DNA of 64,000 bases from a virus, in IMG/VR virus record IMGVR_UViG_3300024344_002756. One strand, given 5' to 3'. A program made the position numbers and the translations under genes. The notes beneath the pieces are model-generated. The model was given only the letters and a program-made list of their open reading frames with translations. It was not told the origin of the DNA and ran no database searches. Shown one piece after another: positions 57,494-64,000 of this stretch; the first letter of the stretch is position 1; every line of letters begins with the position of its first letter.

Positions 57494-57953
57494 ACAACTT
57501 GGTTTTATGATAGAAGAGTCTAGCTCTAGCCAGCTATCATTTAATCTTATAAGAAACATAAATGAGTATGTGACTGAGAATCAAGATGACTTTGTTGTGT
57601 TTTTTGAAAACTCTACAGCAAATGTCATAAATCCAGAATTCTCATTTATGTCTTTAAGTGAAATATGGAATTTTCAAGGGCATCTGTTTGCCACCACTAT
57701 TTCTACAGCGATGTCATTGAAAAAATGCTTTGCCACGGAACAAAAATACTTTTACGTTTGGGACTTAGAATGGACTAGAAGACACGGAAGAAATTTTGAA
57801 TCTACAATTCAAGCTTTCACAGACCCTACAATAAAATTAATAGCAAGAAGTAAGGAACATGCAGTTGCTATTAAGAACTATTGCAACAGAGATGTTGACG
57901 GAATAGTTAGTGACTTTAACATAGAAAAATTAATGAGGATAACAAATGAGTAG
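57480..57953 (+). CDS. Hypothetical protein (possible GT-B N-domain fragment)
   Basis: 157-aa coupled ORF. Confidence 0.6.
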   Translation: MQKNKQLGFMIEESSSSQLSFNLIRNINEYVTENQDDFVVFFENSTANVINPEFSFMSLSEIWNFQGHLFATTISTAMSLKKCFATEQKYFYVWDLEWTRRHGRNFESTIQAFTDPTIKLIARSKEHAVAIKNYCNRDVDGIVSDFNIEKLMRITNE

Positions 57954-58734
57954 TGCATTTATAAACAAGTATAAAGAGTATATTATTGAACAATATACGG
58001 TACAAAATAAGAGTACGTATGAGATTGCACAAGATCTAAAAACGTACCCAAATAAAATCCGAAGAGCTTTGAACACTCTTGGCGTTACATTGAGAGACAA
58101 GAGTAAAGCTCAAACAGTAGCTATTAAAAGCGGAAGACACGAACATCCAACCAAGGGTAAGAAAAGAACCGAGGCTGAAAAAGTTGCAATCAGCAATGGC
58201 ATGGCTAGTTATTGGGATGAAATGGAAGACAAGGAACGAGAAAGACGTTCTCAGTTATCCAAAAAACAATGGCGAGAAATGTCTGATGAAGATAAAGCTA
58301 ATCTTCGGAAATTAGCCGCCGAAGCAGTCCGAAAAGCCAGTAAAGAAGGGTCAAAGATTGAAAAATTTATTCACGAAGGCTTGACAAAAGCCGGTTACGA
58401 AGTTATCTTTCATAAACGTGGGTTAGTAGCGAATGATAAACTAGAGGTTGATCTATTCGTTCCAGCTCTCAAAACGGCTATTGAAATTGATGGGCCTGCT
58501 CATTTTTTACCAATCTGGGGAGAAGAAAGCCTTCAAAGAAATATCCGATCAGACGCTCAAAAAGCTGGCTTGCTTATCAATAGAGGGTTTGTGATTCTTC
58601 GAGTCAAGAATATAATCAGAAACCTATCCCAGAAAAACATGAGAGATACCTTGAACGGTATCATCGTAGAGCTAGAAAAAATAAAAGAGAACTTTCCACC
58701 TACAACAAAAAGACTAATTGAAATTGAATCATAA
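57946..58734 (+). CDS. Probable homing endonuclease: HTH, NUMOD3-like repeats and DUF559/Vsr-like nuclease
   Basis: STYEIAQDLKTYPNKIRRAL; KGKKRTEAEKVAIS; EVDLF...AIEIDGPAH. Confidence 0.7.
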   Translation: MSSAFINKYKEYIIEQYTVQNKSTYEIAQDLKTYPNKIRRALNTLGVTLRDKSKAQTVAIKSGRHEHPTKGKKRTEAEKVAISNGMASYWDEMEDKERERRSQLSKKQWREMSDEDKANLRKLAAEAVRKASKEGSKIEKFIHEGLTKAGYEVIFHKRGLVANDKLEVDLFVPALKTAIEIDGPAHFLPIWGEESLQRNIRSDAQKAGLLINRGFVILRVKNIIRNLSQKNMRDTLNGIIVELEKIKENFPPTTKRLIEIES

Positions 58735-59657
58735 TGCATAACAATAAAACAATTAAAGAACTTAAAGAAATATTGGAAGAACATAATTGTGCTGTTCCTA
58801 ATGGAGCAAAGAAAAAAGACCTAGTTGAACTCGTGGAGGCTATCATGGCTAAAGATGAAGATTTTGTAACAATGCAGATTCCAAACCCAGAAGAAATCTT
58901 TGATGTTTTTGATGAAAAACTAGAAGACGAAACACCAAAGGAAGCTGTTGTAGAAGAGGGGTCTAATAACGAAGAAAACAGACCATCTATGTTTAGTGAT
59001 GAATGGAATGATTTCGTTATGGCTCATTTCCATTCCAATGAGCTAATAGATGGAAACCCAATATGTGCTGGTTTAAGAAGAGTAGCAGAATTTCTATTGG
59101 GGGATATTGTTGAATCTGGCCCAGAACAAATTTTCCCTGCTTCAGATAGTAATGGCCCCGGAAGAGCTACTGTGGTATTTAAAGTAGTTTTTAATTGGAT
59201 GAATGAGGGTACAACTAGAATCTTTAGGGAAGTAGCAGATGTGTGGCATGGTAATACTGATGATTTGTTTTGCGCTCATCCTGTCGCTACGGCTAGCACA
59301 AGGGCTGAAGGGAGAGCCTTGAGAAAAGCTTTGAAGCTAAGATGTCTTGCCGCTGAAGAACTGGCAAAGAAAGATATTGTCAATATTGTTCAAGAGTCTG
59401 TTAAGAAAGCTCCAACTTCTGGAGACTATGAGTCAGACAAAAGAATCAGTGGGCAACAAGTCCAGTTTATTGATAATAGATGTAATCAATTAGATATTGA
59501 TGTCTTGGGTTTTATTAATATAGGTGAGAATACCTATGGTAGTATAAACGATGTCACCAAAGACAGTGCAAAGAAAATGATTAAAGTACTGAACACCTAT
59601 CAAAATGGAGGCCCAATTCCTGACAAGATTAAGGGCTACAACGTTAACTGGAGATAA
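58734..59657 (+). CDS. Putative ssDNA-annealing protein (Rad52/Sak-like core) with N-terminal HeH/SAP-like domain
   Basis: TIKELKEILEEH...KKKDLVEL; GLRRVA; ATASTRAEGRALRKAL...AAEEL. Confidence 0.5.
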   Translation: MHNNKTIKELKEILEEHNCAVPNGAKKKDLVELVEAIMAKDEDFVTMQIPNPEEIFDVFDEKLEDETPKEAVVEEGSNNEENRPSMFSDEWNDFVMAHFHSNELIDGNPICAGLRRVAEFLLGDIVESGPEQIFPASDSNGPGRATVVFKVVFNWMNEGTTRIFREVADVWHGNTDDLFCAHPVATASTRAEGRALRKALKLRCLAAEELAKKDIVNIVQESVKKAPTSGDYESDKRISGQQVQFIDNRCNQLDIDVLGFINIGENTYGSINDVTKDSAKKMIKVLNTYQNGGPIPDKIKGYNVNWR

Positions 59658-59658
59658 T

Positions 59659-59988
59659 ATGAAAGTAAGATATACAAAAGGCCCGATTAGTGTTGAGATC
59701 GAGGGCGATACACAGGTTGAAGTATTTCAACAGCTTGCAAACTTCCAAGAAATTTTCGCAGAGAGCATGTGCGGAAAATGTGGTAGTGAGGATATACGTT
59801 TTCAAGTAAGAAACGTAGATGATAATCTTTACTACGAAGCTAGGTGTATAAGCTGTGGTGCTAAGCTGGCCTTTGGCGTAATGAAAAAGGGTGGAAGACT
59901 ATTTCCTAAACGCAAAGATAAAGAAGGTAAATGGCTCAACAATGGTGGTTGGGTAAAATGGAATCCAGACACCCAAAAAGAAGAATGA
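59659..59988 (+). CDS. Zinc-ribbon hypothetical protein
   Basis: CGKCGS...CISCG; SD GGAG. Confidence 0.7.
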   Translation: MKVRYTKGPISVEIEGDTQVEVFQQLANFQEIFAESMCGKCGSEDIRFQVRNVDDNLYYEARCISCGAKLAFGVMKKGGRLFPKRKDKEGKWLNNGGWVKWNPDTQKEE

Positions 59989-60596
59989 TAGATAAACCAA
60001 ATCAATTCCCGCCAGCGGGAAAGCCAGATCGTCATTTTAGAGACGCTCTTTACGCCTCCTTACTTCATGTTAAACCAAAGTATTGTCTAGAAATAGGCAC
60101 GCATATTGGTCAATCTACCGCTGTCTTTCAAAAGTACTTCAATGAACATCAGCCTGATGGACTTGTCGTTACTGTTGACATTACTAAGCTGGTAAACATT
60201 GATTCGGAAAACGTTAAACAGGTAATTGTTCATCCTCACGTATCTAACTCCGAGGATTACCACAGGGTGGACAATAACCTCTTAACACACAATACAGATT
60301 CGGTAGAGAAGAACACCGCACTGATAAAAGAAGCCATTAGGAATTACTCTACTAACTTTTTTGACTTTTGTTTCCTAGATGGAGACCATCAAAAACAATC
60401 TGTAATAAATGACTTCAAAATATCCCGTAATGTATTAGGGGGAAGTCAATACATTCTTCTTGACGATACCGAAGAAGAACACCACGACTCAAAGAGAGTC
60501 TATCAGGAAATAGTCAGCTCCGAATCCCATAACGTCTATGACTTCTCAAAGGAATGGGGTTGTTACTGTGGCTGCGCCCTACTCTGGGATAAATAA
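59985..60596 (+). CDS. Class I SAM methyltransferase (Methyltransf_24-like)
   Basis: LEIGTHIGQS, VDI, FLDGDH, LDD. Confidence 0.82.
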   Translation: MIDKPNQFPPAGKPDRHFRDALYASLLHVKPKYCLEIGTHIGQSTAVFQKYFNEHQPDGLVVTVDITKLVNIDSENVKQVIVHPHVSNSEDYHRVDNNLLTHNTDSVEKNTALIKEAIRNYSTNFFDFCFLDGDHQKQSVINDFKISRNVLGGSQYILLDDTEEEHHDSKRVYQEIVSSESHNVYDFSKEWGCYCGCALLWDK

Positions 60597-60627
60597 AAAA
60601 GCCCCGCTAAAACATCACTAGCGGGGC
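60591..60627 (-). terminator. Rho-independent terminator at the convergent strand switch
   Basis: GCCCCGCTA / TAGCGGGGC 9-bp perfect stem; the A-tract at 60591-60600 is a U-tract on the - strand. Confidence 0.85.
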
Positions 60628-60646
60628 GCGTAGAGCGATAAGGGGA

Positions 60647-61357
60647 TTACAGATATTCAAGCTCTACATATAGACCGTATTGAGTTTTGCTTCCAATACT
60701 ATCTGGGGATGCTGTTATTCCAACGTACCAGTCATGTTGATGGTATTGCCCTGTGTTAGCCGACCCATTACCAGCATAGAAACCGCTTGGCCCCGGAGAT
60801 TTAGCTAAGGGAACATAAATACCACTACCACCTACGGTATTAGTTCCATCTGGAAGTCTACCGCTTGGGTTTTTAGAACCAATGAAAGTTCCTTGTGCAT
60901 CTGAGCCTGTGTGAGAAGCGCTTCCCCACCATGTATTGTCACCAGAGCCTTCTACTATGTAAGAAGAGGATGTGTGCAATAATTCAGCAACCCTAGTGAT
61001 AACACCACTAGCTGGATGATCTTTGTTTGTTCTATCAAATATTCTTAACTTAGCGTTTTGCGTTCTAACAGCGCTATCATTACTAAATCTAATATTTAGA
61101 CTGGCCTTTTCGTTAGGAATCCACAATAGACCAGTGGCTGGTACAACTCCCACAGCAAACGAGGTTGTATCAGTAGAATACTTCATGTTATTACCAGCAC
61201 CACCATTGGTAGTACCATTACCATCGGTAATAAACGTTGTATCTTGAAAGTTATTTAATTGTACAGATTGGCCGAAAGAACCACCAAAAAACCCCAAGCC
61301 AGAGCCTGATAGGTTATTGATAGCTGTACTTCCAGCATAAAAACTTATGGATGCCAT
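60647..61357 (-). CDS. Gly/Ser/Thr-rich probable virion structural protein
   Basis: Small-residue-rich and beta-rich; strong SD AAGGAG; preceded by the GTGTATAAT motif. Confidence 0.65.
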   Translation of the reverse strand: MASISFYAGSTAINNLSGSGLGFFGGSFGQSVQLNNFQDTTFITDGNGTTNGGAGNNMKYSTDTTSFAVGVVPATGLLWIPNEKASLNIRFSNDSAVRTQNAKLRIFDRTNKDHPASGVITRVAELLHTSSSYIVEGSGDNTWWGSASHTGSDAQGTFIGSKNPSGRLPDGTNTVGGSGIYVPLAKSPGPSGFYAGNGSANTGQYHQHDWYVGITASPDSIGSKTQYGLYVELEYL

Positions 61358-61392
61358 TATTCTTAATCTCCTTAGAGCTTAAATTCTATATT

Positions 61393-61401
61393 ATTATACA
61401 C
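61393..61401 (-). promoter_or_regulatory. GTGTATAAT motif on the - strand
   Basis: Reverse complement reads TAATGGTGTATAATAATATAG, matching the 14-mer TAATGGTGTATAAT at 8983-8996. Confidence 0.65.
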
Positions 61402-61403
61402 CA

Positions 61404-62024
61404 TTACTCAAAAAAGCCTTTTGTTTTCCCTTTAGGCTCTTGGCCTTTTTTATAGGGAAATAGTTTATTCAGCTTGTTTTGCCTTTCCTTGCATCCACAA
61501 TCCTTTTTTATAGCTCCAAATACTGTCTTTGTGACCTTTTTTATACCCGTAGCTTTGGTTATCTTTGCTATTGTATCCCCTAAACCTCTCGATTCTGATG
61601 GTATTTCAGGATCGCCCATAAAAAATCCTGAGCTATAATTATCAGGTTCTGTTTGAACAATCGTTTTGTTTGCAAAGAACGGATCTTCAGGCTTTTCAAG
61701 ATATTGCATTTGACTTATAGGATCTTGCATTGGGCCTTCTCCGTTCTCCCACATGTTATAGTAATCCATTCGGGTTTTACATAAATGATGAAGAGACCTA
61801 CTTTTTATACATTTATGCCTATCGCACATTATCGCGTTTGACCCATCAGCAAATGGACATTCGCAAGGAGTCTCTGCTGGTCGTGCAGGAGCTTCATAAT
61901 CCTCTTCTTTTACGTCCGATGAAAACACCCTGTGTTGTCTTCTCTTAGGGTATCTTTGCGCCAACGGATTAACGTCTTCTTCTTCTTCTTTAAAAAAACC
62001 TGTCATACTTTCCTCACTATTCAT
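61404..62024 (-). CDS. Hypothetical protein with Cys-rich and RGLGDT modules
   Basis: CECP...CDRHKC...HLC; SRGLGDTIAKITKATGIKK...DCGCKERQNKLN. Confidence 0.7.
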   Translation of the reverse strand: MNSEESMTGFFKEEEEDVNPLAQRYPKRRQHRVFSSDVKEEDYEAPARPAETPCECPFADGSNAIMCDRHKCIKSRSLHHLCKTRMDYYNMWENGEGPMQDPISQMQYLEKPEDPFFANKTIVQTEPDNYSSGFFMGDPEIPSESRGLGDTIAKITKATGIKKVTKTVFGAIKKDCGCKERQNKLNKLFPYKKGQEPKGKTKGFFE

Positions 62025-64000
62025 GGATGTTTACATGAATTACTGATTCGCCATGTATTCCTAGAGCTTCTGGTAATGGTACTAAATGCGGCCCCATATA
62101 ATGATCATAGCATTGTTCACCACATTCATGAAACATTAATGGCCCTTTTTCATTACAGCATATCTGCTGAAAGCTTAAATAAAAGTCCATATTAACTGGA
62201 TGGTCGCCATTGGCTTGTCTGCAATTATTTAACGGCGCTCGTTTTCCAACTACAATGTTGAATCCTCCACCATGCCTACTCCATACTGCCCTCCAATGAG
62301 GATCTGCATATTCATGATGATCTTTATTTTCTGGTAAGTAATTACCGTCTGTTTTTACTTGTGGGGCATATATAACACCCTTGAAGTTTTTAGGAGCTGC
62401 TCCTATCCCAACATCGCTTCCCATAGCTATAGCTGCGGGAGAAGACAATTCTGCAAGTAGGTTCATTTTTGTAACTGGATTAACTTTATCTTCATCTTTT
62501 CCGTAAGATACAACCTTGCCTTTCGGGGCAACTATTCCCATTGCAATATCAGTACATTCTTTTGGAGTTTTTGGTTCGCCGGTATAGAATTCGTTTTGTA
62601 TGTCCGCACACACAAAATCATTAACTACCGCATAGTCTAATGATTCATCCTGCAATGGTTTTGCAAGACAGCCTTCTGCGTCAGTTGTTACCACTGGGCC
62701 AATAAAGACACCACTACAATCTTTCTTTCTCGTATCATTCAATATCGGTCGGTTGTTACCATCTAACGTGATACACTCTCCAAATACGTCCGAACTCACA
62801 TCCATACAGTTCTTAAATTCTTCAACCACTTCACAGTTGTCAGACTTATTGCAAAGCTCAAATACAGCTGCCGAAGTTGAAGTGCCTGATTCTTCTCCAG
62901 AGAAAACTTCAGGAAAGTGTAAGTCCAATCTTCTTAGGCTGACACATTTAGCATCACTGCTGGTTACTGACCACGCAGCATCTCTAATTGACTCACAAGT
63001 AGCTTTAGCCTTATCTTCGTCTTCCATTCCATTTATTAAGGTAAAGTCTTGTGGGTGTTGTGACAGATCATATATCCAGTCTGGTTTGTCTTGACTTCCC
63101 ACTGGACTCATGCGCTTGTCATCTGAATTGTATCTTAACTGAGAAGCGTTATGTGTCATTATTTGCAATTCATTATGTAGGGCAAACTCGTGTCGGTAGT
63201 CTTCTATATGTCCCCACCAAGTCCAACCGTTTTCTTCACAGTCTTCTTTAGAATCGTATTTTGAGTTTTGACATCCTCTCATTCTTACGACATAGCCTCC
63301 ATCAGCAGGGCCAAGAGGACATCTCATTTGTCTTTTTTCTTTTCCGTCTTCATCTTTGCTAACGGTTTCTACGCATTCAAAACATTGTCCCTGTGGGTAA
63401 TTTTCGCTTGGTGGCTCGCAAGGGTCTTTTAGATAAAAACCATTTAGTCTACACCCAACTGGACACCCTTCTGAAAAGCCATTTTTCTTTAAATGCAAGG
63501 GCTTTGGTTTTGAGTTAGTAGGATCTTTATATGACCCATCTTTATCTCTTTCGTCGTTAACCGTGCCTATAACCCATGTTCCACCAAATACCTCTTCGCA
63601 GATAAATTCGTCTCCACCACCTGAAGTTTCTTCTCCGTCTGTAAATCCTTCAGTTACAAAGCCAGTTGACTCTGGATATACTTGTGTCCATTCACCAGTT
63701 TTCTTAAATACTAATGGTGGAATTGATACTTTATTTTCACTTACGCCATCGCCCGTAGATCCTTGTTGTTGCTTCATTGCACTGGATGTCATGCAGTCTT
63801 GTTCTGTAGTAATTAAATCTGCATTAGGATCTTGATTTTTTCTTATCCATTTAGAAGTAGGCCCAAGTTGGGTGTCAATACAAGTCCCAGTATTACATTC
63901 ATTTATATTTAAATCTCTATCACAATCACTTGTTCCATCTTTACAGTTACAAAATCCTAATCTTGCTCCCTTGCATGTTGCTGGATAAGTTACACTTCCG
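62017..64000 (-). CDS. Large Cys-rich protein, probably virion-associated; 5' end lies outside the window
   Basis: Frame stays open from 63792 to the window end (...YPATCKGARLGFCNCKDGTSDCDR...); about 31 Cys in the visible part. Confidence 0.75.
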   Translation of the reverse strand, partial: GSVTYPATCKGARLGFCNCKDGTSDCDRDLNINECNTGTCIDTQLGPTSKWIRKNQDPNADLITTEQDCMTSSAMKQQQGSTGDGVSENKVSIPPLVFKKTGEWTQVYPESTGFVTEGFTDGEETSGGGDEFICEEVFGGTWVIGTVNDERDKDGSYKDPTNSKPKPLHLKKNGFSEGCPVGCRLNGFYLKDPCEPPSENYPQGQCFECVETVSKDEDGKEKRQMRCPLGPADGGYVVRMRGCQNSKYDSKEDCEENGWTWWGHIEDYRHEFALHNELQIMTHNASQLRYNSDDKRMSPVGSQDKPDWIYDLSQHPQDFTLINGMEDEDKAKATCESIRDAAWSVTSSDAKCVSLRRLDLHFPEVFSGEESGTSTSAAVFELCNKSDNCEVVEEFKNCMDVSSDVFGECITLDGNNRPILNDTRKKDCSGVFIGPVVTTDAEGCLAKPLQDESLDYAVVNDFVCADIQNEFYTGEPKTPKECTDIAMGIVAPKGKVVSYGKDEDKVNPVTKMNLLAELSSPAAIAMGSDVGIGAAPKNFKGVIYAPQVKTDGNYLPENKDHHEYADPHWRAVWSRHGGGFNIVVGKRAPLNNCRQANGDHPVNMDFYLSFQQICCNEKGPLMFHECGEQCYDHYMGPHLVPLPEALGIHGESVIHVNIHE

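Noticed and set aside
37749-57953. DNA hypermodification as the main role of the glycosyltransferase island
   Set aside because: No dNMP hydroxymethylase, TET/JBP or deazaguanine genes are in the window, and families such as WavE, GT25, CgeB and exostosin point to surface-type glycans. Not fully excluded, since such genes could lie outside the window.
1292-60035. Many short - strand ORFs in the track, nested in + strand genes
   Set aside because: They are antisense shadows of well-supported genes, with no motifs or SD sites.
61023-63835. Short + strand ORFs opposite the - strand block
   Set aside because: They are antisense shadows of the - strand genes.
1-64000. tRNA, rRNA or CRISPR arrays
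   Set aside because: Intergenic gaps are short, and I saw no T-loop/acceptor-stem patterns or regularly spaced repeats. A tRNAscan-SE or CRISPR finder run would be definitive.
1-64000. Stop-codon reassignment (alternative genetic code), as in some huge phages
   Set aside because: Long conserved genes are intact in the standard code, and TAA, TAG and TGA all serve as stops at gene ends.
1-64000. Bacterial chromosome or integrated prophage origin
   Set aside because: No ribosomal or housekeeping operons and no integrase or att site; the replication genes are divergent phage-type and clustered with many hypotheticals.

Overview
This 64-kb window looks like part of a large, AT-rich tailed-phage (jumbo/huge phage) genome rather than a bacterial chromosome. 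Genes are very densely packed, often with ATGA/TAATG overlaps, and run on the + strand from 1 to 60596, then converge on a - strand virion-type block from 60647 to beyond 64000. Both end genes are cut by the window edges. Contents in order: (i) an accessory/host-interaction region with a DUF1501 protein, a Tat-signal matrixin, an exostosin-like enzyme, a GT4, a PAP2 phosphatase, ClpP, a sigma factor, a catalytically altered DeoC-like barrel, two paralogous Thr/Ala/Gly-rich proteins, secreted/membrane proteins, an M19 dipeptidase and two thioredoxins; (ii) nucleotide metabolism (dCMP deaminase, class II B12-dependent RNR, dUTPase, PhoH, dNMP kinase); (iii) a bacterial-type replication/recombination module (RecA, DnaB, DnaG, Cas4-like exonuclease, SSB, second sigma factor) with DNA polymerase III alpha split into two intein-free genes flanking a DEDDh proofreading exonuclease; (iv) a ~20-kb glycan-biosynthesis island with no visible lipid-carrier or export genes; (v) a probable homing endonuclease, a putative ssDNA-annealing protein and a methyltransferase; (vi) - strand virion-like genes including a very Cys-rich protein. 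DUF1501 and several secreted proteins point to a Planctomycetota (PVC) host, which is an inference. A GTGTATAAT motif recurs in intergenic positions (candidate phage promoter) and a structured 165-nt leader precedes nrdJ. No tRNA, rRNA or CRISPR array was recognised. All product calls come from motif recognition by eye; no database searches were run.
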